Source of the DNA: an uncultured Anaerolineaceae bacterium | Lineage (GTDB): Bacteria > Chloroflexota > Anaerolineae > Anaerolineales > Anaerolineaceae | DNA: 53,601 nt | NCBI GenBank assembly: GCA_964595925.1 | Contig: CAZQSG010000001.1 | Span: 27,437-81,037 of the forward strand | Reading direction: 5' to 3' | Shown: positions 18,789 through 28,072 of the stretch, one piece after another | How the letters are laid out: each line of letters starts with the position of its first letter | How positions within the stretch are numbered: position 1 is the first letter of the stretch | The notes under the pieces: generated by a model | Seen by the model: the letters and a program-made list of their open reading frames with translations, nothing else | What the model was told of the DNA's origin: nothing | The model's database searches: none | Program-made: the position numbers and the translations under genes

Positions 18789-19679
18789 ATGAAACAGCGA
18801 AAATTTATTTTGATAATGTTGGGATTTTTATTGATAATCGGAGTTTCCTGCACTCTGACGGATATTATTTCTCACTCGGATAATGAACCCGAAGCAGCTG
18901 AGGCGCTTACAGAGATTGAAGTGCAGCTAACTGAGATGGCGATAGAGGATGAACAAGAGGCGGCAGAAACATCCGCACCAACGAAATTACCACAGGCTAC
19001 TAATACTCCTGAACCAACAAAACCTCCATTGCCTACAAACACGCCAGCTCCCACGATTACGGTGGCTCCTTCAAATTCAGGTTTAATTACAGAAAAAGAT
19101 TATTATACAGAATTTGAAACGGATGATGGTTGGTACGATTTTTACATCTCACCTGAGGCGCATCCAGAATATGATCTTGAGTACACTGGAGCAGGGGTGG
19201 ATGTTTTCGTGGAGACACCAAATACCTATGTTTATATGCTGCAGGAGGATTTGTGGTATGACCGGGGGGATGATCTTTACCTGGAAGCGGAAATTGCGAC
19301 AGTAAGTGGGCCATATGATAATAATCTTGCCCTTATTTTTCGGGTGACTGAATCAGGTTGGTATGAATTTGCGATTCGTACCAATGGGTATTGGGATTTT
19401 TGGAGCTATGATGCCAATGATAAGAGCTATAAGTATCTTGACGGCGGTGGTTCATGGAGCATAAATATGAAACATAAAACCAATAGCATTGGGCTTTTAG
19501 CACAAGGAGATAAGTTTACAATTTTCATCAACGGCACCGAGACCAAAGATATTTACAATGATCAATATACTGAAGGCAGTGTTGGTTTAGCTGTGTCCAG
19601 TTTGGAAGTCGGAGAAGTGATGTTTGAGGTGAGAAATTTTGGGGCGGTTAATGATCTTTCTTTAGCAGGCTTCGATTAA
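18789..19679 (+). CDS. Hypothetical exported protein or lipoprotein with an acidic segment, a Pro/Thr-rich linker and a C-terminal aromatic-rich (possibly lectin/beta-sandwich-like) domain
   Basis: The signal-like N-terminus MKQRKFILIMLGFLLIIGVSC has a Cys in a lipobox-like position. The linker is PTKLPQATNTPEPTKPPLPTNTPAPTITVAPS. The ~200 aa W/Y-rich domain carries no motif I recognise. Confidence 0.5.
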   Translation: MKQRKFILIMLGFLLIIGVSCTLTDIISHSDNEPEAAEALTEIEVQLTEMAIEDEQEAAETSAPTKLPQATNTPEPTKPPLPTNTPAPTITVAPSNSGLITEKDYYTEFETDDGWYDFYISPEAHPEYDLEYTGAGVDVFVETPNTYVYMLQEDLWYDRGDDLYLEAEIATVSGPYDNNLALIFRVTESGWYEFAIRTNGYWDFWSYDANDKSYKYLDGGGSWSINMKHKTNSIGLLAQGDKFTIFINGTETKDIYNDQYTEGSVGLAVSSLEVGEVMFEVRNFGAVNDLSLAGFD

Positions 19680-19706
19680 AGCAAATTTTATTTGATGATT
19701 AGATTA

Positions 19707-20075
19707 TTATAAGGCTTCCATGTTGCGGCTGGCCAGAATATTGATACCTGAATCCAGAACGTTTTCCAGAATGATCTGATCCATTTTAATAGGTGTTGTA
19801 ACTTCAACTTTTCGGATCTCACTCAACAGATCCTTAATTTTTGGTTTGGGAAATGGCGCTGATGTGTAAACAGGCAGCAATGGATGCAGGCCATTTATTA
19901 CTTTAACAGTTGTGGCTACCATTCGGCGGGGATCAGTCAATTCTTGTTTTGCGTAATCTACACCGCGTTTGCACCCAGCAGTGATGTGAACAAATGTATC
20001 ATCTTCTCTGACGACTTTGAGCACACATCCTTTAGGGCAGACTGTACAGATAAAACTGTCTTCTCTGGTGGCCAT
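19707..20075 (-). CDS. DUF1667 domain protein (small subunit of the anaerobic-type FAD-dependent dehydrogenase trio)
   Basis: 122 aa. The N-terminal Cys cluster (FICTVCPKGC...GCKRG) and its position directly downstream of two FAD oxidoreductases match the GlpA/GlpB/DUF1667 arrangement known from Thermotogae and Firmicutes. Confidence 0.7.
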   Translation of the reverse strand: MATREDSFICTVCPKGCVLKVVREDDTFVHITAGCKRGVDYAKQELTDPRRMVATTVKVINGLHPLLPVYTSAPFPKPKIKDLLSEIRKVEVTTPIKMDQIILENVLDSGINILASRNMEAL

Positions 20076-20083
20076 AAATTCTC

Positions 20084-21361
20084 CTATCTTTCGATGACAT
20101 CTACGGTCAGGCTGGTTGCCTGTTTTACTTGATCATAATATTTCGATCGAAGCTTTACAGTGATCATCTCGCCGGGACGGACGTAGGGTTCAGATTTTTT
20201 AGCAATCACCTCTTGTCCATTTGTTATTTGGATACGAACAGGCGCTTCAACAGGTATTTTTACGCGGAGCTGCAAATTAATATCTTTTTCAGCAAGATTG
20301 TCTTTAATAATTTTCTGAGGAACGACATAGCGAACGTTCTCTCCAGCGAGTGTTGGAATGGTGGGTAGATCGCGCTTCTTCTCTGTAATAGCAAATTTGG
20401 CGGAATTTTCACCGGCAATGAAACCTGCTCTAGTTACCCAATCAGCGAGATCGTAAACGTGAACCACGTTGCCAGCGGCAAAAATGCCGGGCACATTGGT
20501 TTGATAGGTATCATCAACAACTGGACCGCCGATCACTGGGTCAATTATGACGCCTGCTTTGCGAGATAGTTCGTTTTCAGGTATGAGCCCAACAGATAAA
20601 AGCAAAGTGTCACAGGGAATGATTTCTTCTGTGCCGGCGATGGGTTTAAAACTGTCATCCACGCGAGTTGTTTCGATGGCTTCGACGCGATCTTTGCCAA
20701 TAATTCTCTTTACGGTATGCTGCAATTGAAGTGGGATATCAAAATCTAAAAGACACTGTACATAGTTTCGGGAAAGGCCGGAAAGGAAGGGCATGAGCTC
20801 AAGAACACGCTCTACTTTCGCACCTTCAAAGGTCAAACGGCGTGCCATAATCATGCCGATGTCGCCAGAGCCGAGGATCACAAAATTTTTGCCGGGCATA
20901 TAACCCTCGATATTAACCCAGCGTTGGGCGGTGCCAGCGGTGAAAACGCCCGATGGTCTGGAACCAGGAAGCTGGATTTGAGCACGGGTACGTTCTCGGC
21001 AGCCCATTGCCAATACGATTGATCGAGCCTGGATTTCAAGAATGCCGAAATTTTTGTTTGTAGCATAAATTTTGCGTTGGGGTGAGATGTCCAACACCAT
21101 GGTTTTTGTTAAGAATTCAACACCCAGTGCTTCTGCATCCGCAATGAAGCGGTGGGCATAAGAAGGGCCAGGGAGGTCCTCACCCAAAATTTCCATCCCA
21201 AAGCCGTTATGGATGCATTGGAGTAAAATTCCACCCGGTTCAATATCTCGTTCGAGGATTAATACATCATCAGCACCAGTCTTTTTAGCTGCAATTCCTG
21301 CAGCAATACCACCCGGGCCGCTGCCTATGATGATGACGTCATATATTTTTTTAATCATCAT
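20084..21361 (-). CDS. FAD/NAD(P)-binding pyridine nucleotide-disulfide oxidoreductase family protein (GlpB-like partner subunit)
   Basis: DVIIIGSGPGGIAAG dinucleotide fold, a second Rossmann motif FVILGSGDIGMIMA, and GIFAAGNV. It overlaps the upstream gene by 4 nt. Confidence 0.8.
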   Translation of the reverse strand: MMIKKIYDVIIIGSGPGGIAAGIAAKKTGADDVLILERDIEPGGILLQCIHNGFGMEILGEDLPGPSYAHRFIADAEALGVEFLTKTMVLDISPQRKIYATNKNFGILEIQARSIVLAMGCRERTRAQIQLPGSRPSGVFTAGTAQRWVNIEGYMPGKNFVILGSGDIGMIMARRLTFEGAKVERVLELMPFLSGLSRNYVQCLLDFDIPLQLQHTVKRIIGKDRVEAIETTRVDDSFKPIAGTEEIIPCDTLLLSVGLIPENELSRKAGVIIDPVIGGPVVDDTYQTNVPGIFAAGNVVHVYDLADWVTRAGFIAGENSAKFAITEKKRDLPTIPTLAGENVRYVVPQKIIKDNLAEKDINLQLRVKIPVEAPVRIQITNGQEVIAKKSEPYVRPGEMITVKLRSKYYDQVKQATSLTVDVIER

Positions 21362-22848
21362 GACAGTTCCTCAGTATTCTTTGTTTTCCGATAAAGAAAT
21401 TCGGAACCCTGCCCTTTTTTTGTAATCTCAGTGGGTGATAATCCTAATTCGCGAGAGAGGATTTCTACAACCAGGGGCATATCAAAACCGCCCTGACAGC
21501 GTCCAGTGCCTAACCAGGTTCTGCGTTTGATCGCATCATAGTTCGTGGCGGGTATAGGACTGTGAATTTCGGCTATGATCTCTCCCTCTGTTACCATCTC
21601 ACAACGGCAGATAATTCGTCCATAGCGAGGATCAAGTTGAATCAATTCTTTTTGTTCCTCTCGATTGAGTTCGCTGAAACGAGGTCGGGCAGGTCGAATA
21701 GGTTGGTAGTCAGTCTTTTTGATAAAATTCTCACCAGCGTCCTTCATCAGAGCCACTACATATTCAGCAATAGCCGGCGCTGAACTGAGACCGGGTGATT
21801 CAATTCCGCCAAGATTCACAAAACCAGAGACGGTTTCAGGAATTTCAATAACGAAATCATTGGGGTAATCGATACCGGGTGTTTCGCATACCGCATTTCC
21901 TCCAGCTCGCAATCCAGCATAAGCTGCAATGATATGCTTTGAATTGAGGGATGGAACGAGTTTTTTGGCACCTTTCCAAATTTCGTCAAGGCCTTCTGAT
22001 GTTACTGATGTGTCTGTTTTATCATCAATGATCTCAGTGTTGGGGCCGATCAAAGCATTTCCATGTACTGTGGCAGCAACCAGGATACCTTTGCTAATAT
22101 CATTCGGCACTGGGAAAAGAATAGAGTTGATTTCCAATCCTTCACGGTCAATGATGAAATATTCACCGCGGCGAGGTGCAATATTAAATTCAGGGCGAAC
22201 GCCGGCTTTATGCATAACAACATCAGAATATAAGCCTGCAGCGTTAATTGCCCATCGGCATTGGAAATCACCCTGGTTTGTCTGCACTCCAACGATTCGA
22301 TTCTCTTTGAAAAGGAAATCTTGAAAAGCCGTGTTGAGCTTAACCACAACACCATTCATAACAGCATTCTCTGCTGCTGCTATTGTTGCTGCAAATGTGT
22401 CGCAAATGCCGCCTGTAGGTGCCCAGAGGGCCGCTGTGACATCAGGGTTGATAAGGGGTTCCTTTGCTATTAATTCATTGCTGGTGATGATTTTTAATCC
22501 TGGAACACCATTCTTCTTGCCGCGCTCCAGCAAGTCCTCCAACCTGGCAATTTCCTTTTTGTTAATGGCAACGACATAATCACCACTTCGCGTAAAAGGT
22601 ATATTTAATTCACTGGCAAAATTGTCCCACATTGGTGAAGCAGCCACATTCATTTTTGCTTTTAAAGTGCCTGTAACGGCATCATAACCAGCATGAACAA
22701 GTGCTGAGTTTGCTGAGCTGGTGGACATGCCGATATCCGTTTCTTTTTCAAGCAGGAGGATTCTTAGTTTGTATTTGGAGAGTGTGCGCGCAATTGTTGC
22801 GCCAATAATTCCTCCACCGATGATAATGATATCAAACTGTTCCATCAA
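21358..22848 (-). CDS. FAD-dependent oxidoreductase, glycerol-3-phosphate dehydrogenase/oxidase-like (GlpA-like) with a C-terminal BFD-like 2Fe-2S domain
   Basis: DIIIIGGGIIGATIAR FAD fold, SSANSALVHAG, and a C-terminal CRCEMVTEGEI...GRCQGGFD motif. Confidence 0.8.
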   Translation of the reverse strand: MMEQFDIIIIGGGIIGATIARTLSKYKLRILLLEKETDIGMSTSSANSALVHAGYDAVTGTLKAKMNVAASPMWDNFASELNIPFTRSGDYVVAINKKEIARLEDLLERGKKNGVPGLKIITSNELIAKEPLINPDVTAALWAPTGGICDTFAATIAAAENAVMNGVVVKLNTAFQDFLFKENRIVGVQTNQGDFQCRWAINAAGLYSDVVMHKAGVRPEFNIAPRRGEYFIIDREGLEINSILFPVPNDISKGILVAATVHGNALIGPNTEIIDDKTDTSVTSEGLDEIWKGAKKLVPSLNSKHIIAAYAGLRAGGNAVCETPGIDYPNDFVIEIPETVSGFVNLGGIESPGLSSAPAIAEYVVALMKDAGENFIKKTDYQPIRPARPRFSELNREEQKELIQLDPRYGRIICRCEMVTEGEIIAEIHSPIPATNYDAIKRRTWLGTGRCQGGFDMPLVVEILSRELGLSPTEITKKGQGSEFLYRKTKNTEELS

Positions 22849-22912
22849 TTCAATCTTTCCTAGTAATATTTTTCGTTGTGATACAGGCGAAAAAGCCCTT
22901 TTCTTTTGTACA

Positions 22913-22921
22913 ATTTTACCA
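22913..22921 (-). promoter_or_regulatory. Candidate extended -10 promoter (TGGTAAAAT on the minus strand) for the glpA-like operon
   Basis: The minus strand reads TGGTAAAAT about 65 nt upstream of the ATG at 22848. There is no good -35. It is flanked by an 8-bp inverted repeat, GCCCTTTT (22895-22902) and AAAAGGGC (22927-22934). Confidence 0.3.
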
Positions 22922-23074
22922 CTATAAAAAGGGCATATATTTTTTAAGAGAGAAAGCAGGATGGGGTTATTTCAAATGGTTAAAACGAAAAAATTAACAT
23001 CAATCCTAGATAATAATTTCTTAAATATTATATAATGTCCAAACAAAGTATCGTTGAGAAAAGGAGTAATTAAG

Positions 23075-24412
23075 ATGAAAAGTTTATCCAAAAGTTTTCC
23101 AATGTTGCGAGAATTCGCGGAGCTTGTACCGATTATTGATTGTCATGATCATACATTAAAACCCGGCCCAAGATTTTTGGACCCGATTCACGCTCTGGTT
23201 GAGGGATATTTTGCCACCGATTTATGGAGTGTTAGCTCAGATAATGACATTCAATACGTATTAAATTCAAAAATACCATGGCGAGAACGCTGGCCCTTGT
23301 TCAAGGAATTATGGGATTTAGCAAAAAACACCGGCTATGGTCAAGTTATAAAAAGTGTTCTTAGAGAATTCTATAATATTGATGAATTAACATTTGAGGG
23401 GATGGAAGAAATTGAGAAAAAAATGCCCAATCTTGAAGACCCTGCAGTTTTTGATTCAATTTTGGAAAAGGCAAATATCACTTTACGCATCTGCGACATC
23501 TTCAATGATGGTAGTTCTTTAGATGTAATCACGGTTCCAGGAACTGAAAACACACTTGCATTACCACCGCGTGGTAGAATGGTGATTTCTCTACCGCATT
23601 TTCATTCTATTTGCAGTTACGATGATATTCAAACCCGAATGGCTCCCCTGAATCGAGTATGCACAAAAACCCTTGATGATTATGTTACAGGTTGTTACGA
23701 AATTTTCCAACAATTTAAAGAACTTGGTGCGGTTGCTTTTAAAGATCAAACTCCATATAACAAATCTATCTCATTCAGTAATCCGACCCGGGCTGAAGCA
23801 GAGAAGGTTTTCAATTGGATAGTTTCTGACCCAAGGAGAAAGGCTTCATATCCTGACCAGTTGAAGCCCTTAGATGACTATTTATTCCACCGATTCTTGG
23901 ATATGGCTGCAGATATGGATTTGCCTGTGCAGTTGCATACTGGTCTACTTGCTGGAATTCGTCATGATGTATCAAAAGCCAATGCGATTTTATTGCGGCC
24001 TGTTTTAGAGCTTCATAGAGATGTTAAATTTGACCTTTTCCATGGGAATTGGCCTTATTCCGGTGAATGGTTATTCCTGGGAAAAAATTATCCGAACGTT
24101 TATCTAAACTTCTGCTGGGTAAATACGATCGATCCAATCTATTCTCAGCGTTTATTTCAACAGGCAGTAAGCAGCTTGCCTCACGGTAAAATTTTTGGGT
24201 ATGGGTCAGATTATGTTGGTTATGCAACGCATGCATGGGCCCATTCTCAGTTGGCGAAGGATAATATTGCGATTGCACTGTCAGATCTGGTTGATATGGA
24301 ATACCTGTCTATGAAAGAGGCGAAAGATATCATTAAAGCATGGCTCTATGACAACCCAAATCGGGTCTTTAAACTCGGGTTGCCAGATTTGCATTTTAGT
24401 CAGGAGGGATAG
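23075..24412 (+). CDS. Metal-dependent amidohydrolase-fold (TIM barrel, amidohydrolase_2-like) protein, substrate unknown
   Basis: The N-terminal IIDCHDHT (HxH metal motif) is followed by downstream conserved His and Asp residues (VQLHTG, FHGNWPY, GSDY). ATG at 23075 follows SD AAGGAG. The track TTG at 23054 lacks one. Confidence 0.6.
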   Translation: MKSLSKSFPMLREFAELVPIIDCHDHTLKPGPRFLDPIHALVEGYFATDLWSVSSDNDIQYVLNSKIPWRERWPLFKELWDLAKNTGYGQVIKSVLREFYNIDELTFEGMEEIEKKMPNLEDPAVFDSILEKANITLRICDIFNDGSSLDVITVPGTENTLALPPRGRMVISLPHFHSICSYDDIQTRMAPLNRVCTKTLDDYVTGCYEIFQQFKELGAVAFKDQTPYNKSISFSNPTRAEAEKVFNWIVSDPRRKASYPDQLKPLDDYLFHRFLDMAADMDLPVQLHTGLLAGIRHDVSKANAILLRPVLELHRDVKFDLFHGNWPYSGEWLFLGKNYPNVYLNFCWVNTIDPIYSQRLFQQAVSSLPHGKIFGYGSDYVGYATHAWAHSQLAKDNIAIALSDLVDMEYLSMKEAKDIIKAWLYDNPNRVFKLGLPDLHFSQEG

Positions 24413-24418
24413 GTAAAT

Positions 24419-24862
24419 ATGTTAGAGCAAGTTAAGGTGATGGTGCAAGTTGCAATTGTTGTTCGTGATGTTGAAAAGAAAGCCAAAGCGTTTGCAGAAT
24501 TTTTCGGTGTTGATGTTCCAAAATGGAAGATGACAGGTAGTTTTGAAGAATCAAACATACAGTTTAATGGAAATGCAACACATGCGAGAGCGAAGTTAGC
24601 TTTTTTCAATCTAGAGAATATCCAGATAGAGCTAATTGAACCGGTTGATCGTCCCAGTACTTGGGGAACCTTTTTGGATATAAAGGGGGAAGGAATTCAC
24701 CATATAGCCTTTCATGTACCAAACATAGAAAATGAAATCGTTCGTTTAGAGGGGATGGGACTTACCTTGGAACAGACCGGTGATTTCAATGGCGGAAGCT
24801 ATGCATATTTAAATGGACAAGAAAAGCTGGGCGCGATTATTGAATTGCTGGCTGATGTCTAA
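24419..24862 (+). CDS. VOC (glyoxalase/dioxygenase) superfamily protein, methylmalonyl-CoA-epimerase-like subfamily
   Basis: 147 aa. VAIVVRDVEK..., IELIEP and GEGIHHIAFHV motifs are paralogous to the epimerase at 38735. Confidence 0.7.
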   Translation: MLEQVKVMVQVAIVVRDVEKKAKAFAEFFGVDVPKWKMTGSFEESNIQFNGNATHARAKLAFFNLENIQIELIEPVDRPSTWGTFLDIKGEGIHHIAFHVPNIENEIVRLEGMGLTLEQTGDFNGGSYAYLNGQEKLGAIIELLADV

Positions 24863-24947
24863 AAGGGATTATTAATATTTATCGCTGGTTTATTCAAATC
24901 CAATCGAATGTGCCAGCTTCTATTGACCAAGTACCCAGGTATAAAGG

Positions 24948-26513
24948 TTAAAAGGTTTTCGGATATCCAGTAATGTCACGGATTTCTTCGTAGAGGGGTT
25001 TTAGTTGTTTATACATTTTTAAATAAACCCGATTATAAAGATCAGAATATATTTTGTGGTTTTCTTTGTTCGGATCGATATAATGTCCTATTCCTGTCAT
25101 TTCTTTAACTGCGATTTCGAAATCCGAGTGGAAACCAAGTCCGACTGCTATATCAATCGCTGCTCCAAGGCCACTGGTTTCGTATATTGAGGGAACAGCT
25201 GTTGGGATGCCAAAAATATCTGCGGTGATCTGAACTGCTTCTGGCGATTGGCTGCCGCCACCAGAAATTACTATCTGCTTAATTGGGATATGTGTTCGTT
25301 TAACGGTTCTGTCCATTCCTTCACGAAGCGCATAACCAAGTCCCTCAACAATGGCACGATACAGGTGGGCACGCGTATGGATATCTCCAAAACCAATAAC
25401 AGCCCCTTTTGCTTCTGGTCCCGGCACTTTTACCCCAGGAGACCAATAAGGCTGTAACATAAGGCCCATTGCTCCGGGAGGCGCAGCGTTCAGGAGTTCA
25501 TCAAATAATTCCTCTGTTTGAATATTTCGCTGTGATGCCAGACGCTGTTCGGATTGAGCAAATTCCCGTTTAAACCATTCAATCATCCAGTAACCCCGGT
25601 AGATCTGGATTTCAAGGCTATAGCGATGTGGTACAGCAGCTGGATAGGGAGGGACGAGGGGGATCACTTCGTAATATTTTTTATGGATTGTGTTGATTGT
25701 GGCAGTAGTTCCAAAAGATAAACAGGCAATATCTGGAGACAGACAACCCGAACCAAGAACCTCACAGGCTTTATCAGCAGCCGCTGAAACAACAGGTGTG
25801 CCTTCAGGGATGCCAGTTGCATGTGAAGCTGTTTTTGTAATTTGTCCAATTATTTCACCGGGGGAAACCAATTCTGGAAGCATGTCTTTTGTCAAAGCAG
25901 GGCAGGCTTTCCATTTCCAATCACTTGGTTTGCACCATGTAAGAGCCTTGTAGTCAAAAGGGATATACCCTACTTGACTGGCAACTGAATCGACGATTCT
26001 TCCGACAAGTTTATTGAGAATAAAAGCCGACAAGAAGATAAATTTGTCCGTTTGTGTCCATATCTCGGGTTGGTTTTCGGCTATCCAATTTGCTTCTGCC
26101 TGGGTTTGAAAATAATTTGTGGTTTCACGAATTCCGCTAATATCAAAAAGCAATCCCCATAATCCACCGATAGGTTTGAAATGATTCGCCTGACGCTGGT
26201 CCAGCCAATGAATTGCAGGTCGGAGTGGATTGCCGTTTTTATCGAGATTTATTAATGTAGAGCGTTGGGTTGTTAATGCAACCCCTGCAATGTCGCTCGG
26301 ATTGATACTATTTTCTAAAATTACACCCTGGCAGGCTTCACAGATTTTCAACCAAAAATAATCAGGATCTTGTTCTGCCCAACCCGGATGGGGTGAGACA
26401 TAGGCAGTGATCTTCACTTTTTTCTTAGCGATCAAGCTTCCATCTGGTTTAAAGATCAAGGCACGCACACTTTGTGTACCGTTGTCGATTGCAAGTAAAT
26501 AGTCACCGGCCAT
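24948..26513 (-). CDS. FGGY-family carbohydrate kinase (specificity unknown, not a typical GlpK)
   Basis: LAIDNGTQSVRA phosphate-1 motif and a C-terminal ISGGGSQSPEAVQITADIFG. 521 aa. SD AAAGGAG lies 8 nt upstream. Confidence 0.85.
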   Translation of the reverse strand: MAGDYLLAIDNGTQSVRALIFKPDGSLIAKKKVKITAYVSPHPGWAEQDPDYFWLKICEACQGVILENSINPSDIAGVALTTQRSTLINLDKNGNPLRPAIHWLDQRQANHFKPIGGLWGLLFDISGIRETTNYFQTQAEANWIAENQPEIWTQTDKFIFLSAFILNKLVGRIVDSVASQVGYIPFDYKALTWCKPSDWKWKACPALTKDMLPELVSPGEIIGQITKTASHATGIPEGTPVVSAAADKACEVLGSGCLSPDIACLSFGTTATINTIHKKYYEVIPLVPPYPAAVPHRYSLEIQIYRGYWMIEWFKREFAQSEQRLASQRNIQTEELFDELLNAAPPGAMGLMLQPYWSPGVKVPGPEAKGAVIGFGDIHTRAHLYRAIVEGLGYALREGMDRTVKRTHIPIKQIVISGGGSQSPEAVQITADIFGIPTAVPSIYETSGLGAAIDIAVGLGFHSDFEIAVKEMTGIGHYIDPNKENHKIYSDLYNRVYLKMYKQLKPLYEEIRDITGYPKTF

Positions 26514-26880
26514 TGGAATTACTCCTTTGTATGGTTCAGTCCTAATGGTTCTACATTGATGTTTCTATGTTTTGGCTTATTTTAATACAGAATTAAAAAT
26601 ATCTAATAACGTAATCTATGATGCAAGTATATCATTCTTAAAAAGACGGAAATGCGGTCGCGATTCTCAAGTAAATTCACCTATCACTTCGTATTAACAG
26701 TGAAAAGTGGTTGGATTTATTGCAGGTATTCGCATTTTTATAGTTGACTTCCCTGATTTTTCCTGAGACTATTTTTAGAAGCATGCTCATAAATGGGGAT
26801 GCGACTGATCCAGGAAAAAACATAAAACGTATAGCTGCCCGAAAATAAAATGTTCGCATCAGAATGAACCATTTGAACTA

Positions 26881-26889
26881 TGCTACAAT
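26881..26889 (+). promoter_or_regulatory. Candidate extended -10 promoter (TGCTACAAT) for the NYN-domain gene
   Basis: The TGnTACAAT element lies 54 nt upstream of the TTG start. SD GGAGG is at 26929-26933. The -35 is poor. Confidence 0.4.
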
Positions 26890-26942
26890 GACTACTAATT
26901 ATTTTAAAAAAAATCAGGTCATTAGGATGGAGGACACGTTAT

Positions 26943-28040
26943 TTGTCCATTCACACATCACAATCATTAAAGCAATTAGGCCGGGTGGCCATTTTTATGG
27001 ATTACGAGAATTTTTTCAATTCTTTGAAGAAACAAAATAAGACCTTCCAGAATATTTATGGTTTTGCACCTAAGATGGATTTTATCCACATGGTTGATTA
27101 TATTGAGAGGGAAATTGGACAAGTTGCGGTGGAAGACTTTATTGTGGTTGCGAATTTTTCTCATTATGATGGTCAAAAAGGTGGACTAAATAAAGTCTCA
27201 ACGCAAATACATGTGGACAGCTTTGAAGATCGGATTACAAGGAAAGAAAAACAACGTTCTCCGGGGAAAAAGTATGTAATCGATAATTTTGCTGATGCGC
27301 GATTAGCTTATGAGATTGGTTATCATGCGGCAAAACATTTGGCTGATAAATATATTATCGCTTCAGGCGATAAGTTTTTTCTTGCTCCAGCACGGGCATT
27401 AAGAGAGAGCGGAGTTGATGTTTATTTTTTGGTATCTGATGTGGCAAAAACTGCAATCATGATTAAACAAGAATTTCCTACGGTTTTATTTACTGATACT
27501 CAACCGAATCCAAAAAAACAAAAAGAAAATAGTCAGGAAGATAGTGATAAAGATGATCTGCGCGTGGAAGAGACGCCGGTTGAAGAATTTTGCAGCTTAT
27601 TATCAAATCTACGACAAGGATTAAGAAGCGGAATTCCAAGCACTCTCATTCTCTCTTTTTATCCATTTGATAATGCAAAAAGGTTATTAAATAAGGCCCG
27701 GGGAGAAGGAATAGTCGATGTATGGGAAAGCGATATAGGGGTTCAATGCGTTTCCTTGCAAAATGAAAGGCTATGCAATACTGTGCAGAAGGTGGGAATT
27801 CGCGAAGGATTATGTGAGAAGAGTGAAATATTATATATGTTGCGAGTAGCTGAGTTTCAGAATCTAAAAATTGAAACGCTGGCCGATTGGCGAAAGGGCC
27901 TGATGCAGCTCACTGATTATAGTAACAGGGAAATTAAAGGGTGGCTTGAAAAGATTCAAAAGGCAGGGTTACTCCATAAATATGATTTCCATAGGTTAGA
28001 CTTTTCTTATGAGAATGTGATGCAGTTTATCGAAAGTTAA
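26943..28040 (+). CDS. NYN (LabA-like, PIN-fold) domain protein with a low-complexity linker and an uncharacterised C-terminal region
   Basis: GRVAIFMDYENFF (the NYN N-terminal acidic motif), FADARLAYEIG, and IIASGDKFFLAPARALRESGVDVYFLV (a variant of the SGD.DF motif). A TTG start 9 nt after GGAGG keeps the conserved VAIFMDYEN strand, which the first ATG would cut. Confidence 0.6.
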   Translation: MSIHTSQSLKQLGRVAIFMDYENFFNSLKKQNKTFQNIYGFAPKMDFIHMVDYIEREIGQVAVEDFIVVANFSHYDGQKGGLNKVSTQIHVDSFEDRITRKEKQRSPGKKYVIDNFADARLAYEIGYHAAKHLADKYIIASGDKFFLAPARALRESGVDVYFLVSDVAKTAIMIKQEFPTVLFTDTQPNPKKQKENSQEDSDKDDLRVEETPVEEFCSLLSNLRQGLRSGIPSTLILSFYPFDNAKRLLNKARGEGIVDVWESDIGVQCVSLQNERLCNTVQKVGIREGLCEKSEILYMLRVAEFQNLKIETLADWRKGLMQLTDYSNREIKGWLEKIQKAGLLHKYDFHRLDFSYENVMQFIES

Positions 28041-28072
28041 GATGTAAGCTTTAGTATTTACTGGTTTAAAAG

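Noticed and set aside
18872-19054. 60-aa minus-strand ORF rich in Gly/Val/Ala/Ser. Analogous ORFs lie at 34721-34972 (+) and 36112-36495 (+).
   Set aside because: They are antisense mirrors of low-complexity sense-strand segments (PT-rich linkers and the Glu-rich L9 tail), so they stay open by compositional bias only.
21929-22579. Several 70-131-aa ORFs on both strands inside the glpA-like gene.
   Set aside because: The sense-frame product has clear FAD-fold and BFD motifs. The overlapping ORFs have no signals or motifs.
26514-26880. ~370 nt of the 429-nt intergenic region, including a 60-aa minus-strand ORF (26677-26859) and a distant 9-bp inverted repeat, TTTTTCCTG (26756-26764) and CAGGAAAAA (26811-26819).
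   Set aside because: The ORF has no SD and a low-complexity Phe/Arg-rich sequence. I see no tRNA-like cloverleaf, riboswitch-like conserved core or terminator. The inverted repeat is short, AT-rich and far apart. I leave it as an unexplained spacer rather than a feature.
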